Shown here: positions 43,427-51,278 of the stretch, in pieces
Position numbering within the stretch: the first letter of the stretch is position 1
Layout of the letters: each line of letters starts with the position of its first letter
NCBI GenBank assembly: GCA_050950825.1
Contig: JBMNIH010000007.1
Location: forward strand, 160,001-224,000
Length of the DNA stretch: 64,000 bases
Direction: 5' to 3'
From: Clostridia bacterium
GTDB taxonomy: Bacteria > Bacillota > Clostridia > JAAYHZ01
Made by a program: the position numbers and the translations under genes
The notes under the pieces: generated by a model
Databases searched by the model: none
The model's input: only the letters and a program-made list of their open reading frames with translations
What the model was told of the DNA's origin: nothing

Positions 43427-44824
43427 ATGTCCATAAAGTTACTGGGAAATCCAAAGGTTTTACCGCCGCTGGACCCGAATTTCAAACCTGTGATTTTAGA
43501 AAAAATCGCCTATGAAAAGCTGGTGAAAGAAAGCGGAAAAGAAGCCGTTTTAAAGATCGCCGTTGAAAGAAGCGGCGGAATGATTTCGGTAAAGGAAATC
43601 ACCGTATTTGCAGATGACGCCCAATATGCCGATTTCTCCTGTTTCTATGCCGAACGCTACGTAAAAACACTCCTGTGGGTTATGGGAGGTTTTAAAGTAT
43701 ATTTGTCCGGCCCGAGATATATATGCGATTATGTGAAGAAAGCCTTTGTTTTAGGCGGGTTGAGAGATTTTGACGTTAAAACCATGAGCCGCATCTACGA
43801 AAAACCTTTTGAGGTTGTTGTAGTGGAAGACAAAGATTTTCCGGAAGCAAAGGAACAATCCATCCCGGTAGGAAGACACTTGAACGGATGCCGTATCGGG
43901 TTTGATGCCGGCGGAAGCGATCGTAAGGTATCCGCCGTAATCGATGGGGAAGCGGTTTACAGCGAAGAAGTCATTTGGTACCCGAAAATACAGTCGGATC
44001 CGGATTACCATTTCAATGAAATCGTCAGCGCTTTTAAAGCCGCCGCCGCTCATATGCCCCGCGTAGACGGTATCGGAGTCAGTGCAGCCGGCGTGTATGT
44101 AAACAACAGAGCCATGATCGCATCCTTGTTTATTAAAGTGCCGGATGATTTGTTCGAAAAGAAGGTAAAGGATATCTTCTTAAGAGCTGCGAAGGAAATC
44201 GGAGATGTGCCCATTGAAGTGGCCAACGACGGCGACGTTACCGCCTTAGCCGGAGCCATGAGCTTGGAGGACGACTGTGTTCTGGGTATTGCCATGGGTA
44301 CCAGCGAAGCCGGCGGATATGTAAACGAACAAGGCTCGTTAACCGGCTGGCTGAACGAATTGGCCTTCGTTCCCGTGGACTTTTGCCAAGACGCTGCCGT
44401 TGACGAATGGTCCGGCGATTTCGGTTGCGGAGTGAAATATTTCTCCCAAGACGGAGTCATTAAATTGGCTCCCGCAGCGAATATTAAGCTGGACGGAAGC
44501 TTAAGCCCGGCGGAAAAGCTGAAGATTGTTCAAGAAGAGCTGGCAAAAGGAAACAAGGAAGCCGAAAAAATCTTCGAAAGCATCGGCGTATATTTAGGAT
44601 ATGCCGTGGCATATTACGCGGAATTCTACAAAATAAAGCACGTTCTGGTGTTAGGAAGAGTCACCTCCGGAAAAGGCGGAGATTTGATTATCTCCAATGC
44701 AAAGAAAGTGTTGGAATTGGAATTCCCCGAGCTAGCAAGCAAAATGGAACTGCAATTGCCGGATGAAAAATCCAGAAGAGTAGGACAATCCATTGCGGCC
44801 GCAAGCTTGCCGAACATTGAATAA
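43427..44824 (+). CDS. Atypical ROK-family protein with long N-terminal domain
   Basis: IGFDAGGSDRK, NDGDVTALAG, GIAMGTS; lacks the CxCGxxGC zinc motif. Confidence 0.8.
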   Translation: MSIKLLGNPKVLPPLDPNFKPVILEKIAYEKLVKESGKEAVLKIAVERSGGMISVKEITVFADDAQYADFSCFYAERYVKTLLWVMGGFKVYLSGPRYICDYVKKAFVLGGLRDFDVKTMSRIYEKPFEVVVVEDKDFPEAKEQSIPVGRHLNGCRIGFDAGGSDRKVSAVIDGEAVYSEEVIWYPKIQSDPDYHFNEIVSAFKAAAAHMPRVDGIGVSAAGVYVNNRAMIASLFIKVPDDLFEKKVKDIFLRAAKEIGDVPIEVANDGDVTALAGAMSLEDDCVLGIAMGTSEAGGYVNEQGSLTGWLNELAFVPVDFCQDAAVDEWSGDFGCGVKYFSQDGVIKLAPAANIKLDGSLSPAEKLKIVQEELAKGNKEAEKIFESIGVYLGYAVAYYAEFYKIKHVLVLGRVTSGKGGDLIISNAKKVLELEFPELASKMELQLPDEKSRRVGQSIAAASLPNIE

Positions 44825-44872
44825 ATATGGGAAACCATATTCGAATTTTCGATAAAGGAAGTGTGAAACAAG

Positions 44873-45721
44873 ATGAAGCTATATAACGAAAGTGCGGAAT
44901 TTTTTGTACCGGACGGGAAAAGCGTAGAAGAAGCATTGAAGAGAACTACCCATATGGGGATTTCCGCTCATCAAGACGACATTGAAATCATGGCGTATGA
45001 CGGAATATTGGAATGCTTCGGAAAAGACGACAAATGGTTTTTCGGAGTCGTGGTAACCAACGGAGCCGGAAGCCCGAGAGCCGACTTGTATGAAAAATAC
45101 ACCGACGAAGACATGATCATTGTCAGAAAGAAGGAGCAAAAAAAGGCCGCCTTCATAGGCGAATATTCCGGAGTAGCCCTTTTGGACTACACCAGCTCCC
45201 AAGTCAAGGACGCGAATAACGAAAAGCCGGTAGACGAATTGGAAGCACTGCTTCGCAAGGCCGCTCCGAAGGTTGTTTATACCCATAACTTGGCGGACAA
45301 ACACGATACCCATGTAGGGGTAACCTTAAAGGTTATCAAAGCCATTCGCCGACTGCCTAAAGAATTAAGGCCGGAAAAGCTGTACGGCTGCGAAGTGTGG
45401 AGAAATTTAGACTGGATGTTGGATGAAGACAAGGTTTCATTCAATGTCAGCGGCCATCCGAATATTGCCTCCGCTTTAGTGGAAATACACGATTCCCAAG
45501 TATGCGGCGGAAAACGGTACGATTTGGCTACCATGGGCAGAAGAAAAGCTCATGCCACCTATGCCGCTTCTCACGGAACCGACGATGCCGAATACTTGAT
45601 CTTCGGTATGGATTTGACCCCGTTGATTCAAGACGATTCCTTGGATGTTCTTGAGTATGTCCAAAGCTACATCAACCGCTTTGCAAACGATGTGGCAAGC
45701 AAGATAAAGAAAATGTCATGA
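44873..45721 (+). CDS. PIG-L/LmbE-family deacetylase
   Basis: SAHQDDIE, VVVTNG, R.KEQ..AA, THN..DKHDTH. Confidence 0.82.
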   Translation: MKLYNESAEFFVPDGKSVEEALKRTTHMGISAHQDDIEIMAYDGILECFGKDDKWFFGVVVTNGAGSPRADLYEKYTDEDMIIVRKKEQKKAAFIGEYSGVALLDYTSSQVKDANNEKPVDELEALLRKAAPKVVYTHNLADKHDTHVGVTLKVIKAIRRLPKELRPEKLYGCEVWRNLDWMLDEDKVSFNVSGHPNIASALVEIHDSQVCGGKRYDLATMGRRKAHATYAASHGTDDAEYLIFGMDLTPLIQDDSLDVLEYVQSYINRFANDVASKIKKMS

Positions 45722-46455
45722 CCAATATTAAGCTCGTTATAGCCTATGACGGGACGAATTATCACGGATGGCAGAGCCAGGCCAATGCAGTTACCGTGCA
45801 GGACACCTTGGTCTCTGCCATTTATCGTGGAATAGGGGAAAAGCCGATATTGATCGGAAGCGGCCGAACGGATGCCGGTGTCCATGCCATAGCGCAAGTA
45901 GCCAACTTTCACACCGAGTCCGATGTACCGCCGGATAAAATGAAATACGTTATCAATGCCTATTTGCCCAACGATATTCATGTTATGGATTCGTCCCAAG
46001 TCCCCGACGATTTTCATGCCCAATTCAGTGCGGTAAGAAAAGAATATATGTACAAGATTCTCAATGCTCCCGATCCTTCGGTGTTTCATACCAATTACGC
46101 GTATTGGGTAGGCCGAAGGCTGTCCTTTGAAGATATGGCTTGTGCCTGCAAGGACTTTTTAGGAGAGCATGATTTTTCGGCGTTTTGCGCCACGGGAAGC
46201 AAGGTTACGGATTTCACCCGCCGAATTTTTCGTTCGGAGCTTGAAAAGGACGGGGATTTTATTATCTATACCGTCCAAGGAAGCGGCTTTTTGTACAACA
46301 TGGTTCGTATTATCATAGGGACATTAATTGAAATCGGGATGGGGAAAATACCGAAGGACGCCATACCCTCTATTATTAAAGGTAAAGACCGAAGAAAAGC
46401 CGGACGAACGGCACCTCCTCAAGGATTGTACTTGAAAAACGTATATTATGAATAA
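45718..46455 (+). CDS. truA: tRNA pseudouridine(38-40) synthase
   Basis: AYDGTNYHGWQ.Q, SGRTDAGVHA, FLYNMVR, TAPPQGLYL. Confidence 0.97.
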   Translation: MTNIKLVIAYDGTNYHGWQSQANAVTVQDTLVSAIYRGIGEKPILIGSGRTDAGVHAIAQVANFHTESDVPPDKMKYVINAYLPNDIHVMDSSQVPDDFHAQFSAVRKEYMYKILNAPDPSVFHTNYAYWVGRRLSFEDMACACKDFLGEHDFSAFCATGSKVTDFTRRIFRSELEKDGDFIIYTVQGSGFLYNMVRIIIGTLIEIGMGKIPKDAIPSIIKGKDRRKAGRTAPPQGLYLKNVYYE

Positions 46456-46553
46456 TAAATTGGGATGACGCACGATTAAACGAGAGAATACGAGAACTAT
46501 TCTTTAAAAAACGAAGTATTCGGAAGGTAAATTAAATTTTTAAAAATATACCC

Positions 46554-46582
46554 TTGACACGGAATAATCCATATATTAAAAT
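46554..46582 (+). promoter_or_regulatory. SigA promoter of rplM-rpsI
   Basis: TTGACA-17 bp-TAAAAT. Confidence 0.8.
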
Positions 46583-46644
46583 ACATGAGTGTCCTCGGGC
46601 GGGGAGACTAAAATTGATAAGACACCTTGAAGGAGGTTAGATAT

Positions 46645-47073
46645 ATGAAGTCCTACATGGCAAAAGCAGAAAACATCGAACGCAAGTGGTACGTCATCGA
46701 TGCGGAAGGCAAGGTATTAGGTAGATTGGCTTCGGAAGTCGCTCGAATTTTAATCGGTAAACATAAACCTGAATATACTCCTCATGTAGATACCGGTGAT
46801 TATGTCATCGTTATCAATGCGGACAAGATCCAATTGACCGGCAAGAAGTGGGATCAAAAGACCCATAACTATTTTACGGGGTATGTTGGCGGTTATAAAG
46901 AAGTGTCCTACAAGCACTTACTGCAAAAAAATCCCGTTAAGATTATCGAACTTGCCGTAAAAGGCATGCTTCCTAAAAACGCTTTGGGAAGAAAAATGTA
47001 TAAGAAGCTGAAGGTTTATGCAGGAAATGAGCATCCTCATCAAGCCCAACAACCTCAACCTTGGGAAATATGA
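46645..47073 (+). CDS. rplM: 50S ribosomal protein L13
   Basis: [27 protein letters not shown]. Confidence 0.98.
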   Translation: MKSYMAKAENIERKWYVIDAEGKVLGRLASEVARILIGKHKPEYTPHVDTGDYVIVINADKIQLTGKKWDQKTHNYFTGYVGGYKEVSYKHLLQKNPVKIIELAVKGMLPKNALGRKMYKKLKVYAGNEHPHQAQQPQPWEI

Positions 47074-47092
47074 GAAAGGAGGAGTAGCATAA

Positions 47093-47485
47093 ATGGCTAG
47101 TGTACAATATTACGGAACCGGAAGAAGAAAAAAATCGGTAGCACGTGTAAGATTGGTACCGGGAGAAGGAAACTTTGTAATCAATGAACGTTCCTTAGAC
47201 GAATATTTCGGATTGGAAACGCTGAAGGTTATCGTTAAACAGCCTTTGGTTTTGACCAATACGCTGGACCGCTTTGATGTTTTGGTTAACGTAAAAGGAG
47301 GCGGTTTCACGGGTCAAGCGGGCGCTATTCGCCACGGTATTGCAAGAGCTTTGCTGGAAGCCGACGAAGCATACAGACAGCCTTTGAAAAAAGCCGGTTT
47401 CTTGACAAGAGATCCGAGAATGAAGGAAAGAAAGAAATACGGTCTCAAGAAAGCAAGAAGAGCTCCTCAATTCTCAAAGAGATAA
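47093..47485 (+). CDS. rpsI: 30S ribosomal protein S9
   Basis: [41 protein letters not shown]. Confidence 0.98.
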   Translation: MASVQYYGTGRRKKSVARVRLVPGEGNFVINERSLDEYFGLETLKVIVKQPLVLTNTLDRFDVLVNVKGGGFTGQAGAIRHGIARALLEADEAYRQPLKKAGFLTRDPRMKERKKYGLKKARRAPQFSKR

Positions 47486-47546
47486 AAAATTGTTTCATTA
47501 CACACGAGTTTGTTTACAATTACAAAGTTTGCTTATCGCAAGCGCC

Positions 47547-47583
47547 AACCGTCAGGGGGGAGAATTCCCTTTGGCGGTTTTTT
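47547..47583 (+). terminator. Intrinsic terminator downstream of rpsI
   Basis: AACCGTCAGGGGG...CCCTTTGGCGGTT followed by a T run. Confidence 0.75.
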
Positions 47584-47731
47584 GTTGTGTAAAAAAGCAT
47601 ATAAGAATGTATAAATTATTAAATCCGGACGCAGTTTTAATCCCTCGTAAGCCTGTATAATTCGTATGTGTAGGTGGTTTCGATATTTCCTCCCGTAGGT
47701 TATACCCTGCGTATGAATACTCATTACCTTC

Positions 47732-47938
47732 CACGAGCAAACTTTGTCATTCTTCACTGCTCACGAGCAAACTCGCTTGTCATTTTCTCATTTTTTATAT
47801 CTTTTTTTATATTTTTTAAGGTAATAAAACCCGAGAGCAAACTTTGTCACTACAAGGGAAGAAACAGCGAGAAGCCTTGCAACAACTACATTTCAACACG
47901 AGCAAACTTTGTCACTCCGTGAGCAAACTTATTTGTAA
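47732..47938 (+). repeat. Five direct copies of (CAC)GAGCAAACTTTGTCA
   Basis: 47732-47749, 47762-47782 (3-nt longer variant), 47835-47849, 47897-47914, 47921-47938 (longer variant); inverted copies at 47498-47515 and 47520-47534. Confidence 0.9.
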
Positions 47939-48022
47939 CTACACATAGTAATAAATAAAAAATGAAATAAAAATAAGGGTAAATCTCAGAAAAAAATTTC
48001 AAATAACCAAACGCCAATATTA

Positions 48023-49414
48023 GATAGTGTCTTGTCAAGTGGTGTAAAATGATTTCTACTTTATCTTCCCTTCGTTTCATTTATGTAAGATAGCAATCGG
48101 AGCTAATGAAAACCCATTAGCCTGTGTAAGCTTTTCCATAGATTCTAAACTGAAGTATCGCCGCCCTACCTGCCATTCATCGTTCTGCTCCATAAGCATA
48201 GTACCTACAAGGCGAATAACGGCATCACGATTAGGAAATATGCATACAACATCAGTCCGACGGCGTATCTCACGATTAAGCCGTTCCAATGGATTCGTAG
48301 AATGAATCTGTATCCAATGCTCACGGGGAAAGGCCATATACGCCAATATATCCTCTTCGGCTGCTTCAAGGATTTCCATTGCTTTCGGAAAACGCCCCCT
48401 CAGTTCATCTACCACATGTCTTAGCTGTTCCCTTGCGGATTCCTGATCATTTTGTGCAAAAATGGTGCGTATGATTGAGGAGACCATTCCTTGGCACTTC
48501 TTCGGCACTTGGCTTAATACGTTCCGCATAAAATGTACTCGGCATCTTTGCCATGTGCTCCCGGTTAAAACCTTCTTTATGGCGGATTTTAACCCCTCAT
48601 GGGCATCACTTACAACTAACTTCACCCCTTTAAGTCCCCTTGCTACAAGCTTTCTCAGAAACTCTTCCCAAAAAGCTCCGTCTTCACTCATGCCGACATC
48701 AAAACCTAGTATCTCTCGTTCACCGGACTGATTTACACCTACGGCTATTACAAGTGCCATACTGCATACTCTTCCACCTTCACGAACCTTAGGAAAAGTA
48801 GCATCAAGCCAAAGATAAGGGTATTCTCCTTCGAGTATGCGGTTCTTGAACTCGGTGACAAAGCCATCCAATTGCTTGCTGATCCCGGAAACTTCGCTTT
48901 TATCCATCCCTTTAATTCCGAGAGATTCTACCAACTCATCTACTTTTCTAGTGCTGACACCGTGCACATAAGCTTCCTGCACCACATTTAATAAAGCTTT
49001 TTCTGACATCTTCCGAGGCTCTAATAAACTTGGGAAATAGCTTCCATGCCTCAATTTGGGTATGCTTAACTGTAACGTACCAAGGCGAGTATCCCATTCT
49101 CTTTGTCGGTATCCATTACGATGATTGTTCCGATTCTCACTTCGTTCATACTTTTCCGCACCGATCATCGACGTAACTTCCGCATCCATCAGAGCATTGA
49201 TTAACAGCGTAAGCGCTTCCTTTAAAAAATCCTTATCTTTTTCAACAACATACTTGCTAAGTTGCTCTAAAAGTGACATTCTATTTTTAGTAGCCACGGT
49301 ATGACCTCCTTTACTTTATCTTTTTTGTTTGAATCTAATAAAGTAAAAATCATATCGTGGTTACTCTTGTCAAGCATACTCCACGAAATTTACACCACTA
49401 CTTAAGACTATAAC
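48023..49414 (-). mobile_element. IS256-family insertion sequence (1392 bp)
   Basis: Imperfect 26-bp terminal IRs GATAGTGTCTTGTCAAGTGGTGTAAA and GTTATAGTCTTAAGTAGTGGTGTAAA; single transposase; flanks CAATATTA and TGTAAGCC do not match. Confidence 0.88.
48077..49297 (-). CDS. IS256-family (Mutator-like) DDE transposase
   Basis: RNGYR, GVSTRKV, YLWLDAT, VVSDAHEGL, WQRCRVHF, STNPLERLNREIRRRT; GTG start with AAGGAGG RBS. Confidence 0.96.
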   Translation of the reverse strand: MATKNRMSLLEQLSKYVVEKDKDFLKEALTLLINALMDAEVTSMIGAEKYERSENRNNHRNGYRQREWDTRLGTLQLSIPKLRHGSYFPSLLEPRKMSEKALLNVVQEAYVHGVSTRKVDELVESLGIKGMDKSEVSGISKQLDGFVTEFKNRILEGEYPYLWLDATFPKVREGGRVCSMALVIAVGVNQSGEREILGFDVGMSEDGAFWEEFLRKLVARGLKGVKLVVSDAHEGLKSAIKKVLTGSTWQRCRVHFMRNVLSQVPKKCQGMVSSIIRTIFAQNDQESAREQLRHVVDELRGRFPKAMEILEAAEEDILAYMAFPREHWIQIHSTNPLERLNREIRRRTDVVCIFPNRDAVIRLVGTMLMEQNDEWQVGRRYFSLESMEKLTQANGFSLAPIAILHK

Positions 49415-49743
49415 TGTAAGCCTGTTAGATAGTGGTTAATAACAGTTAAGAACCATTGTTAGTAGTTATTACTGGGTATAAACTGTTAAGGGCTATTAGT
49501 GATAATTATTAACTTTCAATATTGGCGGATATACTGAGATATACTGCCTGCTTAAGCGTAGAGGGAGTTGATTTTCCTAATTATTTTATTCGTGCCGAAA
49601 AAAATCGCTATAGAGGATGACTATGCTATAAATAAAATAATTAAAAGGAACAAAATCAAAAGAAATAGAAAGAAATTGATATAAAATCCCAGTAGGCTAA
49701 TATAGGGCTAAATCAGTATAAATCGGCTAAAATAGACTTTTTT

Positions 49744-49788
49744 AAAATAACCATTTTGTTTATCAACGTACAAAACGGTTATTTTTTT
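49744..49788. terminator. 16-bp inverted repeat, probable bidirectional terminator
   Basis: AAAATAACCATTTTGT...ACAAAACGGTTATTTT with one mismatch. Confidence 0.6.
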
Positions 49789-50083
49789 GACTCAATTTTC
49801 GATGTGCTCCTAAAATATAATGGAAGATTACATCAATGAAAAATCCTATCAAAAATAAATAAAATAGATTTAATGAGGAAAAAGGAAGAAAAAAATTGAA
49901 TAAAGGAGATAAAAAATCTAATCACCTAATAATCGCAGTATATCAAGTTTCTATAAGGGGAGGATTTTATATTAAAGAATTAACTCACAATTAATTCTGG
50001 TTTTTCAATGCATTTATGATTAAATAGTGGTATAATGTTTATATAAAAGAATGGCCACGAGAAAGAGGCGATGATGGTAAAAC

Positions 50084-50680
50084 ATGTTAGAATATAAGTC
50101 AACAATTAAGGCTAGATCTTATCTTTATTTAGAGTTGAAAAAGGCATCAAACCTATACTTACAAGGATTTTCTATAGATGACATAAGACAAAAAGCATTA
50201 GATGAAAATATATTTTCATTAAATTCAGAGAGCAGAATTAAGGAAATTGCTTCAACCGTCTCGGAAAGACTAGAAGCCTTGGATGAAATGTTACTTGATA
50301 AATTAGTAAATGGAAACCTTGAAACAAGCAAACAGGTAGCCCTATATGCTATTTTGAAAACAGACAGGCTTTTTTTTGAGTTCATGCAGGAGGTATATAG
50401 AGATAAATACCTTATAAGAGATTATTTAATTACAGATAAGGATTTTGCTATTTTCTACCAAAGAAAAGCAGAACAAAGTCAAAAAGTGGCAGAGTGGAAA
50501 GATTATACCTTTTATAAATTAAAGCAGGTTTACAAAAGAATCTTAACTGAAGCCGGATTTGTAAAGAAGAATAAAAAAGATGTTGAAATAACCAGACCCT
50601 TAATGGAGCAAGAATTAATAGAACATTTAAATGCAAAAGGTGATGGCATATACCTGCAGGCTATGTTAGGAGGGATATAA
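50084..50680 (+). CDS. brxA: BREX protein BrxA (DUF1819)
   Basis: 198 aa, LFFEFMQEV...W.D.T..KLKQ...LTEAG pattern; first gene of a canonical BREX-1 order. Confidence 0.88.
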   Translation: MLEYKSTIKARSYLYLELKKASNLYLQGFSIDDIRQKALDENIFSLNSESRIKEIASTVSERLEALDEMLLDKLVNGNLETSKQVALYAILKTDRLFFEFMQEVYRDKYLIRDYLITDKDFAIFYQRKAEQSQKVAEWKDYTFYKLKQVYKRILTEAGFVKKNKKDVEITRPLMEQELIEHLNAKGDGIYLQAMLGGI

Positions 50681-51262
50681 ATGAAGACCATTTATGAAAG
50701 GCTTGATGAGATTCTACCTATTATTACAGATAAAAGATTTAGGGAGAACAAAGGATTAGGCAATGAAATAGGCTACTACATTTTTGATTATGATCCTGAA
50801 CATGAAATCATTGTTAGAGAACATATAAAGTTCTTAAAGCAGAAAATAAATAATGATGGCATGGATTTTTCTATTAGAGAAATTGACCTTTATGAAATAA
50901 TGATTGAAATATTAGCGGAAAAGGGATATTTGAAGAAAGTCTTTGAAATGGAGAAGAAAAAAGGTACAGATGCAATCCTTAAGCCTATAAAGAATACTTT
51001 AAGACTCACCCAGAAAAATGATTTAGTTGTAGAGTATATCAGGGAAAGAGTACAGGAAAATGATATTGTTTTCTTAACAGGTGTGGGGAAAATATGGCCA
51101 ATTATCCGATCTCACACTATTTTAAATGTTCTACATTCTGTAATAGATCATATACCTTTAATCATGTTTTATCCTGGGACTTATTCAGGACAAGACTTAA
51201 ATCTTTTTGATGAAATTTCTGACCAAAACTATTATAGGGCTTTTAAACTGGTAGAAAGATAG
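50681..51262 (+). CDS. brxB: BREX protein BrxB (DUF1788)
   Basis: GLGNEIGYYIFDY, LTGVGKIWP.IRSH, MFYPGTY, NYYRAF. Confidence 0.92.
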   Translation: MKTIYERLDEILPIITDKRFRENKGLGNEIGYYIFDYDPEHEIIVREHIKFLKQKINNDGMDFSIREIDLYEIMIEILAEKGYLKKVFEMEKKKGTDAILKPIKNTLRLTQKNDLVVEYIRERVQENDIVFLTGVGKIWPIIRSHTILNVLHSVIDHIPLIMFYPGTYSGQDLNLFDEISDQNYYRAFKLVER

Positions 51263-51278
51263 GGGAGGGAATTGGACT

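Larger units (their letters stand above)
47491..47945. mobile_element. Gene-less element with Tn7-like termini (non-autonomous remnant)
   Basis: TGTTTCATTACACACGAGTTTGTTTAC at left aligns with reverse complement TGTGTAGTTACAAATAAGTTTGCTCAC at right; seven GAGCAAACT(TTG)TCA-type repeats in opposing orientations; no 5-bp target duplication. Confidence 0.6.

Noticed and set aside
47732-47938. CRISPR array interpretation of the GAGCAAACTTTGTCA repeats
   Set aside because: Repeats are only 15-21 bp, spacing is irregular (about 30, 70, 65, 21 bp), inverted copies exist and no cas genes are in the window
47533-48080. Short ORFs of 62-82 aa across the post-rpsI region
   Set aside because: No convincing RBS or domain features; they run through the repeats and terminator
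48012-49528. 10-bp matches around the IS (TTAGATAGTG at 48020 and 49425; CGCCAATATT inverted at 49518)
   Set aside because: Not positioned as a target duplication relative to the IS ends and short enough to be chance in AT-rich DNA
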